In this document: one piece after another, positions 48,229-57,538 of the stretch
Layout of the letters: each line of letters starts with the position of its first letter
Position numbering within the stretch: position 1 is the stretch's first letter
DNA from: Candidatus Poseidoniaceae archaeon
Lineage (GTDB): Archaea; Thermoplasmatota; Poseidoniia; Poseidoniales; Poseidoniaceae
NCBI GenBank assembly: GCA_943788655.1
Contig: CALSRB010000007.1
Location: forward strand, 82,439-146,438
Length of the DNA stretch: 64,000 bases
Direction of reading: 5' to 3'
Program-made: the position numbers and the translations under genes
Notes under the pieces: model-generated
The model's database searches: none
The model's input: only the letters and a program-made list of their open reading frames with translations
What the model was told of the DNA's origin: nothing

Positions 48229-50424
48229 ATGAGGCAACTCGAAGAGGATGGATTGCTCGGCGACAAGGCAATTCGTTATGGTGGCCCCGATCAAATGGTC
48301 ATGGTTTCTGGCGGCCCTGCATCTCATCTCTCGAAACACTCCATCCTGTGTGGCCCATCGAAACGAAGGTTCATCGTTCGTCAACCCACAATTGCACCAG
48401 CGCCCCCTCACAAACCGAGCAAAGGTGAAATTCACCTCACTGAACAAACACAGCCACTGGTCGGTCATGTTGAGGAATGGAAACACGGCTCTTGGTATCA
48501 TGCAACATCTATTTTCGGTGAAACAATGGCAGACTTGCTCGGAAAATTACAGGAATTGTCAGCCCCAAAACCGTTCTTTCCAGCACCAAGCATTGGCTTA
48601 CCAACTCATCCATTTTGGTCTGGCACCCTTGCCTATGACCTTGTGCAATGGACCCAGCCAATCGCCTTGCAGCACCCGCCCAAAGAGGGAGAGATACTTG
48701 CAGTCCTTTGGTTGATTGAACGGTTCGCTGCAGAACGAAAGAGCGATGGGCGCATCACAGCGTTCGCATGCGATGGTGATGAATGGGCCTCGCTTGCGAA
48801 CAATGTACAAGCTACGGCCCACGAAGTTGTCAACTCGCATGAGAACCCCCACCCAGAGACTTCCAACTTAACAGATCAGGAGCACCAAGAAGGCATTGAA
48901 GCGATCCGAGAAGGGATTGCTGCAGGTGAATTCTACCAAGTCAACCTCGGGCGATGGTGGGAAGGGCAATTGAATCGACACCCGAGAGCCATCTTTGAAG
49001 AATTATGCACGACCAACCCCGCTCCATTCTCCGCATATCTTTGTGCTGAAGACCTCGAACTTGCGCTTGTCAGTTCATCACCAGAATCGCTGCTTCAATC
49101 GGATGGCAGCGTCGTACGGACTGCGCCAATCAAGGGAACTCGCCCACGTGGTTCCACTCAAGAGGAAGAGGTACTGCTCAGAAATGAAATGCTCAACGAT
49201 GAGAAGGAACGAGCAGAGCACAGGATGCTCGTCGACCTCATGCGCAATGACTTGGGAGCCGTCAGTGATGTCGGTGGTGTTCGAATTGAACGGTTCGATG
49301 TCGAGGCATACGCCAATGTTCAGCACCTTGTCTCGCAAGTGGTTGGAACGCTGTCTGAAGGACAAACTTCCCTCGATGCACTCCAAGCGGTGTTCCCCGG
49401 TGGGAGCATCACAGGGTGCCCTAGAACTGTCGTTTGTGCCACAATCGATGAACTGGAACAGCGACCTCGTTCCTACTGGACAGGCTCCATTGGTTGGATT
49501 GACCTCCATTCAGGCGCATGCGCATGGAACATCCTCATTCGAACGTTGATTGCAAAAAAGGAGAGGACCAGGTGGTTTGGGTCAATTGCGGCCGGCGGAG
49601 GCATCACCATCGGATCCTCGCCCGAGAGCGAAGTCGAGGAAGCGAAATGGAAGGCATCTGCCCTTCGAAAAGCGTGTGGTTGGCATGTTGAACAACGAGA
49701 AAGCCTTCCAACTGGTGAATTGGAAATCCATTCCCTCGAAGTGGAACCTGCACCTGTCGCAACAAAGCAAGGTTCAATCCAAATCGATGACGGTTCAATG
49801 AGAACCAATGGTGCCGTTCTCTTGGTCGACAATCTCGATTCGTTCACGCACAACATAGCACACGCCATTGCAGGATTGGGCCACGATGTCGTTGTTCACC
49901 AGTCGAGATCATTCACCGCATCACTGCAAGAACATGAGGCGCAATCCATTCTTTCGAGGATTCGTCCAAGCCACATTGTGCTTGGACCCGGGCCAGGCCA
50001 ACCAAAGGATTCGCCGGTCACCATGCAAATCGCCACATCTGCAATCGAAGGGCGCATCGAGCAACCTGTTCTTGGGATTTGCTTGGGCCACCAAGCACTC
50101 GGGCTGGCTGCCGGAATGGAGCTAATCAAAGTGCCAACAGGGCCGGTACATGGCTCACCGAGAAGCATCCGCCATAGCGGTGGGCGGTTGTTCGAAGGGT
50201 TCACTTCACCTCACTCCTTCACACTGTACAACTCCCTTGTGCTGACCAATGAAGGCGATTCCTCACTCAATCAAGTAGCATGGAATGAAACCACAGGGGA
50301 CATCATGGGTGTCCAACATCCGGAAAGGCAAATCTTTGGGGTTCAGTTTCATCCAGAATCCGTCGGCTCGAAAAATGGAATCAATGTGCTGAGCAATTTC
50401 CTCGGGATGAGAGCGGATGCTTGA
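48229..50424 (+). CDS. Fused chorismate-binding + glutamine amidotransferase (PabB-PabA or TrpE-G type)
   Basis: YQVNL, PAPFSAY, SSSPE, PIKGTRPR, KERAEH.MLVDL.RND, FPGGSITG; GATase DNLDSFT, GPGP, GICLGHQ, QFHPES. Confidence 0.9.
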   Translation: MRQLEEDGLLGDKAIRYGGPDQMVMVSGGPASHLSKHSILCGPSKRRFIVRQPTIAPAPPHKPSKGEIHLTEQTQPLVGHVEEWKHGSWYHATSIFGETMADLLGKLQELSAPKPFFPAPSIGLPTHPFWSGTLAYDLVQWTQPIALQHPPKEGEILAVLWLIERFAAERKSDGRITAFACDGDEWASLANNVQATAHEVVNSHENPHPETSNLTDQEHQEGIEAIREGIAAGEFYQVNLGRWWEGQLNRHPRAIFEELCTTNPAPFSAYLCAEDLELALVSSSPESLLQSDGSVVRTAPIKGTRPRGSTQEEEVLLRNEMLNDEKERAEHRMLVDLMRNDLGAVSDVGGVRIERFDVEAYANVQHLVSQVVGTLSEGQTSLDALQAVFPGGSITGCPRTVVCATIDELEQRPRSYWTGSIGWIDLHSGACAWNILIRTLIAKKERTRWFGSIAAGGGITIGSSPESEVEEAKWKASALRKACGWHVEQRESLPTGELEIHSLEVEPAPVATKQGSIQIDDGSMRTNGAVLLVDNLDSFTHNIAHAIAGLGHDVVVHQSRSFTASLQEHEAQSILSRIRPSHIVLGPGPGQPKDSPVTMQIATSAIEGRIEQPVLGICLGHQALGLAAGMELIKVPTGPVHGSPRSIRHSGGRLFEGFTSPHSFTLYNSLVLTNEGDSSLNQVAWNETTGDIMGVQHPERQIFGVQFHPESVGSKNGINVLSNFLGMRADA

Positions 50425-50461
50425 AGAATCGTGAGCGAGTGGAAGGGATTGAGGGAAGACC

Positions 50462-50848
50462 ATGCCAACCTGCCGTCATTGTTCAAGCACGTACCCACGT
50501 GAACAATTCATCCATGGAAATGGGCCAAACACACAAGTTTGTGTCCGATGTGGAATTGAAAATGGCCTCGTCTCAAAAGACGATGCTGCGAACATGTTTG
50601 ATGGTGGATTGGGCAGTGCCCGGCTTCAAATCATGGCTCGTCGCTACAGTGTTTTCCTCTACATCCCATTGCTCTGGACGCTGTGGATTATGGTGCTCAA
50701 GGACATCCAACCGTGGGGCGTCTACTTCCTTCTCCTTCTGTTGGTAATCACATTGGCAACCCCCGTCTGGTTCATCTATCGAGGTGGCCAATACTCTGGA
50801 GACATGGCTCGTTTAACACCAGCCTACGACCGACCAAAGGGCCACTGA
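50462..50848 (+). CDS. Zinc-ribbon + two-TM hypothetical protein
   Basis: CRHC...CVRC followed by two TMs; SD GAGGG. Confidence 0.7.
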   Translation: MPTCRHCSSTYPREQFIHGNGPNTQVCVRCGIENGLVSKDDAANMFDGGLGSARLQIMARRYSVFLYIPLLWTLWIMVLKDIQPWGVYFLLLLLVITLATPVWFIYRGGQYSGDMARLTPAYDRPKGH

Positions 50849-52141
50849 TCACGATTTAGCGTGAATCTTCAACACATCTCCATCCTGGAGTTCGTGGTCT
50901 GCACCGACAACCCTTCGGCTTCGACCATCGACACCACGAATGAATCCATCACCGAGGTCGCTGTGAATTTTGTATGCCAATGCTTTGGCTTGTATGGCAG
51001 CAGGTACAACGAACGCATCGGGCAGAACTTTTCCATCCCCGTCTGTCCATCGGTTCTCGTCTTGCACAGGATAGACCACAATGTGTTCTAATTCATCAAA
51101 CAGAACTGTGTCAAGCATGGTCGCCACCCCAGTGCCGGCATTTGCTTCAAGCCGCTCCTTCATGTGAGCAAGCGCCTTCAGTTGGGCTTCATTGAGCGCA
51201 TTTGAATCACTGAATGAGAAGGAGGTTGAGCCAGGGGTGTACTCAATGAGATCGGCTCCTGCAGCCCGGCGCAGACCGAGTTCAACATCAGCCATGCAAG
51301 GAATAATGCAGCCATTTGCAACCACGCCGTCCAATACTTCTGCCGGTGCAACATCAAATTTGTTCGCTGCAATATGAATTGGGAACAACGCCTTGCGCAA
51401 GTGCACGGCAAGTGAGGCTATGATTGAGAGATCCCAGTCCCATGGTGACCCAAGCGTTGTGTGTTCTGAGCGGAACGCTTCATAGGCAAGTCCAACGGAT
51501 TGCAAGGTTGCTCCGAGCCCCGTAAGGCGTTCATGAATGAACGAGATGAGTCCCTTGTCGCCTTCCGCTTGGACGCGCCGAACACCTCGTACCCATCCGT
51601 CCATCAGTAGGCCTGTAATCCAAGCATCGAGTTCCAAGCCTAGGAATTCAATCTCTTCAATGACGCGAGCACGTGCCACCTCTGTGGTTTGATTGTGCCC
51701 TTGTGGATTGCCTTCCAAATCAGTGCTTCCTGCAGCATCAACAACCTGAATCAGAGCGTTGCAGTTTGCGAGGTCGGCAAGGAATGCATTTCCCCTGCCC
51801 CGCCCTTCGCTTGCACCTGGAACGAGACCTGCAATGTCCACCAAGAAGCAAGGAACGAGGCGCATGTGGCCAATGCACGAACCAGTTCTCGGCTCGCATA
51901 AACTTCCTCTGCGTGGGTCGTCCTGAGAGACTGGTTCGATGCGCCCTTCTTGTTCGAGCTTCGCTCGTATGTCCTTACACGGACAGGGCAAGCGAGCAGC
52001 GACAAAGGCGACACCAACGTTTGGTTCAATCGTACAAAATGGATAGTTGGCAATGTCAACCTTGGCCAAGGTTGCAGCACTGAAAAAGGTCGATTTGCCT
52101 ACGTTTGGTTTGCCGACAAGGCCGATACGCACCTTGTTCAC
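50849..52141 (-). CDS. ychF: Obg-family GTPase, archaeal YchF/Ygr210 type with TGS domain
   Basis: GKPNVGKST, NYPFCTIEPN, DIAG, GRGN.FL, NKFD, LPDAF, IHSDL. Confidence 0.92.
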   Translation of the reverse strand: MNKVRIGLVGKPNVGKSTFFSAATLAKVDIANYPFCTIEPNVGVAFVAARLPCPCKDIRAKLEQEGRIEPVSQDDPRRGSLCEPRTGSCIGHMRLVPCFLVDIAGLVPGASEGRGRGNAFLADLANCNALIQVVDAAGSTDLEGNPQGHNQTTEVARARVIEEIEFLGLELDAWITGLLMDGWVRGVRRVQAEGDKGLISFIHERLTGLGATLQSVGLAYEAFRSEHTTLGSPWDWDLSIIASLAVHLRKALFPIHIAANKFDVAPAEVLDGVVANGCIIPCMADVELGLRRAAGADLIEYTPGSTSFSFSDSNALNEAQLKALAHMKERLEANAGTGVATMLDTVLFDELEHIVVYPVQDENRWTDGDGKVLPDAFVVPAAIQAKALAYKIHSDLGDGFIRGVDGRSRRVVGADHELQDGDVLKIHAKS

Positions 52142-52154
52142 GCCCTCGGTGGAT

Positions 52155-54134
52155 TCACTCTTCCTCGTTCGAGGATTGCTTGCTTCGAATCATCGTCAAC
52201 GCGATGTCGAGTTCAGGCAGGTTGATCTTCCCATCACCGTCAAGGTCGACTGCTTCGAGCAAGGCTCCCATTTCCCATGGGGGGAGGTTCGCAATGTCTG
52301 CGTTCTTGAGGGCTCTTTGGAATTCGAAACCGTCAACGGTGCCGGAGTTGTCCAAGTCAATGGATTGGAAGAACTGGAAGATGGACTGGTTTGATTGAGA
52401 GAGGTAATCTGCGAGCATGACCAGTTCTTCAGGCGTTTCCTTTGCATCATCTGGGAACTCTGTGACCTCATCGTTGTGAAGGTGAGCACTCACGGCAATG
52501 ATGGTGGCGCCAGATTCATCCTCCGTGTGACCAACCTTGAGTTCGGTATCGATTCCGACGCCGCGACTGATGAGGGTGCGAATGGTTGTGGAGCCTTCAA
52601 CCAAGGAGTAGGTGCTGATGTCACTGGTTGCGCCTGTGGCAACAGCGTCTGCATTGCCGCGGGTTCCGGTGCGAATCATCACCAACGCCGCCATGATGGC
52701 TGCAATTGCGCACAGGTAGTACAAGGCAGAAGAGACGAGAAGGAAGCCGCCTGTCGAGGCCACTGCTTCTTCAACACCTGAGTCGAGCACGGCTTGTGAG
52801 GTGAAATCACCCATCAGGCGAACGATGGTCGAGGTGAGGCCGCCAATCATTGTGAGCCAAACTGCGAGTTGTGCGTTCGAGGCATTCGCAAGTTGCTTCC
52901 CGCTTGCCAACGGATAGGCCGTGAAGACGCTTGCGAGCATCATCAGTCCACCAACGGTGTACATGAAGCCTTGATCGACGGTGGAAGCCATGGTGCCAAG
53001 GTTGCCGAGGCCGACAAAGACATCCATGCTTGTGAAGTAACCGCCAATGGTGTAGATTGGGATGAAGAGCATAGCGCCGGTTGCAGCGAAAGCACCGGGA
53101 CTCTTGACCACTGCAGCCGCATTGGACTTGGCAGTCACGAGCAGGTTGATTGAACCTGCAAAGAGTGGCAGCATGCCAAGGGTGAGGAGAATAGCGCCTA
53201 AGTTTTGCAACAACTCAGCGCTCGTTGCTGCGGTCATGAAGAACGGTGGAACCGTCACAAACAGAAGAGCCATGTTGACCTTTAGCATGCTTTCAGACCA
53301 AATTGGTGATCCGGTGGTGTATGGAATAACATGGTAAGCCAATCCGAAGATGAGAGCCAATGGGACCCATCCGGTGAGCACGTGTTCAGCCATCCAAACC
53401 GTTTGTGTGGAATCTGCTAGTTCACCGAAGAAGGCCATCAAGCCTGCGAAGATTTTGGCAACCAAGGCAAGCACGAGGAACCAGGTGGTTGGAGCGATGT
53501 TGTCCGATGCACGGTTGGCCACAGTGATGAGAACGTTGATGAGAATCGCTGCATGGAGCAGAGAACCAACAACAAGGGAAGACACATTTGTGATGTTTTC
53601 AATCAATGCAGCCTCATTGTCGAGGGTAGCAAAGGAAAGAATTGCTGGGAGAACCAAGTACGCAGCGGTTGATGCGGTGAGCAAAAGTGCCACCATTGAT
53701 GCGCTCTTTTCACTGGCAAGACGTCCTTGTGCCGTGCGAGATACAGCCACCAAGGCGCCACCAACAAGCATGTAGTTGAGCGCTGTGTTGAAGAAGACAT
53801 TTGTGTAATCCGTAAGCATTGAGCCATCGTCATATGACCAGCCAATGCTTGCAAGGGAATCCAAGGCACCCCCGTCGTAGCTGTGCCAGAGTCCGAGGAA
53901 GGCCCCGATTGATGCAAGGAGGAACCAAACCATTCCAAAGCGAATCCATGTTTTGCTGCCGCTACCTGCTTCGTCGCTGAACAGATCGATGATGCCTGCT
54001 GGGGCTTTGTTAAGCAAAAAGAGTCCAACTTGTTGCAGAGGAGCACTCATGCCACCAATGCCTTTCACAAGGTAATTTGCGGTGGTGAGAAGAATTGCGA
54101 CCAAAAGGCCAGACATAATGAGAACAGTTTCCAT
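52155..54134 (-). CDS. Degenerate cbb3/CcoN-like heme-copper oxidase subunit I fold fused to two EF-hands
   Basis: About 12-13 TMs colinear with CcoN motifs; EF loops DLDNSGTVDGFE and DLDGDGKINLPE; strong SD GGAGGTGA. Confidence 0.72.
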   Translation of the reverse strand: METVLIMSGLLVAILLTTANYLVKGIGGMSAPLQQVGLFLLNKAPAGIIDLFSDEAGSGSKTWIRFGMVWFLLASIGAFLGLWHSYDGGALDSLASIGWSYDDGSMLTDYTNVFFNTALNYMLVGGALVAVSRTAQGRLASEKSASMVALLLTASTAAYLVLPAILSFATLDNEAALIENITNVSSLVVGSLLHAAILINVLITVANRASDNIAPTTWFLVLALVAKIFAGLMAFFGELADSTQTVWMAEHVLTGWVPLALIFGLAYHVIPYTTGSPIWSESMLKVNMALLFVTVPPFFMTAATSAELLQNLGAILLTLGMLPLFAGSINLLVTAKSNAAAVVKSPGAFAATGAMLFIPIYTIGGYFTSMDVFVGLGNLGTMASTVDQGFMYTVGGLMMLASVFTAYPLASGKQLANASNAQLAVWLTMIGGLTSTIVRLMGDFTSQAVLDSGVEEAVASTGGFLLVSSALYYLCAIAAIMAALVMIRTGTRGNADAVATGATSDISTYSLVEGSTTIRTLISRGVGIDTELKVGHTEDESGATIIAVSAHLHNDEVTEFPDDAKETPEELVMLADYLSQSNQSIFQFFQSIDLDNSGTVDGFEFQRALKNADIANLPPWEMGALLEAVDLDGDGKINLPELDIALTMIRSKQSSNEEE

Positions 54135-54146
54135 ACATCACACCTC

Positions 54147-54419
54147 CTAATCGACGATGACCTCTGTTAAGAGCGAGGCAACGATTGCACCCAAACCAAT
54201 CAAGAGGCCGATGAGGTAGTACCAGATGCCACTTCCACCAAGGTTTCCGATGAGCGGAACGAGTTCGCCAAGCAATGGGATGTTGTCCCAACCGAAGACA
54301 TTCGAGAACAATGCGAGCATGCCGATTACACCCACTGCAAAGAGAGTGAGGAGAATTCGACTGGAGGCCGGTTCACCGGTTCCAACGGTTACATCAGGAA
54401 GACTGGTTGTGTTTGTCAT
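54147..54419 (-). CDS. Small two-TM membrane protein, probably co-transcribed with the CcoN-like gene
   Basis: Two hydrophobic helices; its stop abuts the SD of the next gene. Confidence 0.75.
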   Translation of the reverse strand: MTNTTSLPDVTVGTGEPASSRILLTLFAVGVIGMLALFSNVFGWDNIPLLGELVPLIGNLGGSGIWYYLIGLLIGLGAIVASLLTEVIVD

Positions 54420-54526
54420 GAGGTTCACCCGAACGTGACCCCATAGGGGTCATTCCGCCCACTGGTACAGCGGTCATAAAGATTGACACCCTCACAACAG
54501 CAATTGGACGGATTGCTGGAAGCCAT

Positions 54527-55696
54527 TCATGGAGCCCGGAGGGCATCCAAAACATTGCCCCGGCGAGGCTTTGAAATTCCGAGTGGTGTTGGTAGAGCGT
54601 GCTCTAATGCAACCTCTTCTGCCCACGCTTTCTCGCATTCACAAGCGAGACCTTCGAATTCTTGTAACTCGCCTGACACGGCATAGCGTTCGATCGCTGC
54701 GACCACATGGGCGTCACATGCACCGCAATTGTGAGCCCCGCGAACGCGCCCTCCAGCGGTTGGATGGACAATCAGACGACTCACTTGGCCTTCACCGCCA
54801 TTGCCTGTGTCTTTGGGATGAATGGTCGGGTGTGCCCGTCGGATCATCTCGACAAGTGACCATAGCCAAGGTGGACGGTACTCATTGTGCCTGTGCAACC
54901 GGTCGATGATGGTGCCACGCTGAATGTTCATCGGGTTGACCGATATTTCATCGCTTTGTTCTGCCACATCTTCAATCCATTTTACACCGTGCAGAAGCGC
55001 ATCCGCTTCGTTCATGAACGGAGGTTTGAACATCAAATAGGTCTTCACTCGAATGTCGAACTTCTTGAGGTTAGCAACAGCTCTGTCCCACGATTTCGTG
55101 GTAAATCCTTTGTTAACATGGAACCTCAAGACTTCATCATCGTATGCCTCGAGTCCAATCGCAACTGCAAAACTTGTGTTGATTGATGTGGCCCATGCGA
55201 GTTTTTCTTCTGTCAATTGTTCACAGCGCGACTCGACAATCAATTCCTTGCCCAGTGTTTGGCAGTCACGAAGAACCGTTTCTTGGAAAGCAACTGGGAT
55301 TTCCCGATCTTCAAGCAGTGAACCGCTGGTGTACACCTTGACCATTGCATGGCCTTTGAAATCATCGAATTTGGTTTTGGCATAGGCCCATTGAGCATGC
55401 AAATCCTCGTTGGTCACGTCGTCTCTTGTGTCGTTAAAATACCCACAGAATGTGCAACCACTTGACCACCACCAGTGGCATCCTTTGGTTCGCAAAATGA
55501 CCGTGACGGCGCTGCATGGCGTTCCATCGGCCAAGGTTTCTGGGGTGTAGTACACCGTTGCTGGTTCACTGGCGTCCCAAGACTGCTGCCTTGCTTTGGC
55601 CCATGGGGTGTTTGCAGGTGCCTTCACAATGTCGTGAATACGGGCGCCTTTGCTACCATCGCCGACAAGTGTGAGTGATTTTTTGGTTGTCATCAA
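54527..55696 (-). CDS. Radical SAM protein, archaeosine biosynthesis RaSEA family
   Basis: ILRT.GCHWWWSSGCTFCG (Cx7Cx2C), KVYTSGS.L, VESR, AIGLE, NKGF, Y...KPPF, YRPPWLWS, RGAHNCG.CD. Confidence 0.88.
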   Translation of the reverse strand: MMTTKKSLTLVGDGSKGARIHDIVKAPANTPWAKARQQSWDASEPATVYYTPETLADGTPCSAVTVILRTKGCHWWWSSGCTFCGYFNDTRDDVTNEDLHAQWAYAKTKFDDFKGHAMVKVYTSGSLLEDREIPVAFQETVLRDCQTLGKELIVESRCEQLTEEKLAWATSINTSFAVAIGLEAYDDEVLRFHVNKGFTTKSWDRAVANLKKFDIRVKTYLMFKPPFMNEADALLHGVKWIEDVAEQSDEISVNPMNIQRGTIIDRLHRHNEYRPPWLWSLVEMIRRAHPTIHPKDTGNGGEGQVSRLIVHPTAGGRVRGAHNCGACDAHVVAAIERYAVSGELQEFEGLACECEKAWAEEVALEHALPTPLGISKPRRGNVLDALRAP

Positions 55697-55750
55697 AGCC
55701 CCCCTTTGGTTCTGTGGCTGGCCGAATATGTTTCAATCCACCGACGCGCC

Positions 55751-56599
55751 TCATGCCTCAGGCGTGAACAAAACAGTTGTGCCAGCTTGGACGAATTGGC
55801 CTTTCGGATGGGCTGCGTCCTTCATCTCGGCAGAGACCACTGTGGTCGTGAAATCAACCGCTGGAACGCGTATGTCGACCCTCGACCCAAGGCGAATCAT
55901 ACCGAACCGTTGCCCACGTCGCAATTGATCACCAATGCCTTGCCAAGGCACAATAGTGCGGGCCAGTGCGCCTGAAATTTGAGTGACTTCGATGCGGTGG
56001 CCTTCATCGTTGAGGAACACCGTTCGGACGCGTTCATTGAATTCGCTTTCTTTTTTGTAGGCGGCCTTGAACGGCCCTCGCTTCATGCCTTTTCCAGTTC
56101 GGTGTTCCATCCGTTCAATGGTTGAGGCCATCGGCGAACGGTTTACATGGACGTCGAGCGGCGACATGAAAATAGCCATTCGAATCACATCTTCATCAGA
56201 TTCATCGCCTTTTTCGACGGCTTCAAATCGCTGCTCTGTTGTAAATTCGAGGGGGTTGTCGCATGCTTTGGCCACCCAGTCACCAGTAAGAACATCATGT
56301 TCCACATCGCCTGACGCATAGGCTTCCTTTGAGGGCCTGCGACCGGTTGCTCGTTCACGACGGATGAACATCACATGGCCATCGGCAGGAGAGACAAGCA
56401 CACCGGGTTGCTTTGGAATCGGACGGTCTGGATCCCGCCAAAAGTTAACCAGAAATGCTGAGGCCATGATGCAGAGAATTCCGAACAATGGAATAAGCCC
56501 ACTCAGCGGATCGATGAGCGTTCCAACAATGATTGAGCTGACGCCCATCATGAAGGTAATCAGGACGGGTGCGTGGCCCCCATGGGCCAAGCCAGCCAT
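55751..56599 (-). CDS. psd: Phosphatidylserine/archaetidylserine decarboxylase proenzyme
   Basis: FWRDPDR, SPADG, IFMSPLDVHVNRSP, NER, GMIRLGSRVD cleavage motif. Confidence 0.93.
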   Translation of the reverse strand: MAGLAHGGHAPVLITFMMGVSSIIVGTLIDPLSGLIPLFGILCIMASAFLVNFWRDPDRPIPKQPGVLVSPADGHVMFIRRERATGRRPSKEAYASGDVEHDVLTGDWVAKACDNPLEFTTEQRFEAVEKGDESDEDVIRMAIFMSPLDVHVNRSPMASTIERMEHRTGKGMKRGPFKAAYKKESEFNERVRTVFLNDEGHRIEVTQISGALARTIVPWQGIGDQLRRGQRFGMIRLGSRVDIRVPAVDFTTTVVSAEMKDAAHPKGQFVQAGTTVLFTPEA

Positions 56600-56608
56600 T
56601 CGAACGCC

Positions 56609-57436
56609 TCACTCTGCCCAGGGGTCTTCGCCATTGGACCAGTCGGAGGGAACTTCTTCTGCTGGTTCCTCTGCTGTCTCCTCTGCTGGAGCTTCAACTG
56701 CAGGTTCTTCTGCTGCTGCTTCTGCTGCTGATTCTGCTGGAGCCGTGTTGCTGTTGTTGAGTTTTCCATCGTCAAGAAGGTCTTCAACAGCGCTTTCGCC
56801 GACAATTTCGACGGATGCGGATTCGGTTTCAACGGTGATTTGTTCGGCCTCTTCGATGGTCATGTCAGCGGCACGGGCCTCAACCATGTCGTCCATTCGT
56901 TCTGTGAACGCCCGGGACATGTGTTGTGATTTTCGCTCGGCTTCAACCGCTCGCTCAATCATGTCGTAGCGTTGCTTGATGGCCTTGTTGAGGTCTTCGA
57001 AAATTTGCATGTGGTCGACGTACCAATCATCACGTGCCTTCATTTCTGAAACGGCGAGACGCAAGTCGTTATCCAACTCCTCTGCGATGCCGAAAACCTT
57101 GCCGAGTCGATCCTTTTCACGGGAGTACTTTTCTTCCATCTTTTCGAGTTCTGGCTTGAGGTGTTCAACCTGCTTTCCTGCCTTGACTGCACGGAGTTCG
57201 AGTTCGCGGACCCTGATTTCCCGCTCGTTGAGCAGTGCTTCTTGGGTTTCCTTTTCGATTTCCCGTTCAATGATTTCCTTCTCAAGGACTTCATTTTCAG
57301 TTCGAGCGTCGAAGAGTTCCTTTTCCACAGCCTCGTAGGCTGCGAACAACTTTTGCAAACGGTCGGTCTCAGTTGCGAGTTGTTCCTCAAGTTGTTGAAT
57401 TCGAATCTCTGGCGTGACGGTCCCTTCTTCTGTCAT
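56609..57436 (-). CDS. Long coiled-coil protein with acidic low-complexity tail
   Basis: Heptad-rich E/K/L sequence of about 180 aa; EEPA repeats; SD-like GGTGA before ATG 57436. Confidence 0.78.
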   Translation of the reverse strand: MTEEGTVTPEIRIQQLEEQLATETDRLQKLFAAYEAVEKELFDARTENEVLEKEIIEREIEKETQEALLNEREIRVRELELRAVKAGKQVEHLKPELEKMEEKYSREKDRLGKVFGIAEELDNDLRLAVSEMKARDDWYVDHMQIFEDLNKAIKQRYDMIERAVEAERKSQHMSRAFTERMDDMVEARAADMTIEEAEQITVETESASVEIVGESAVEDLLDDGKLNNSNTAPAESAAEAAAEEPAVEAPAEETAEEPAEEVPSDWSNGEDPWAE

Positions 57437-57538
57437 GGTATCACCGGGAGGTAAGCCTCCATGTAAGTCCACTTAACTCCACCCTATCAAGCCGACGCCT
57501 AAACGACCCTGCGAAATGGCTTGAAATTGGCCTTCAAA

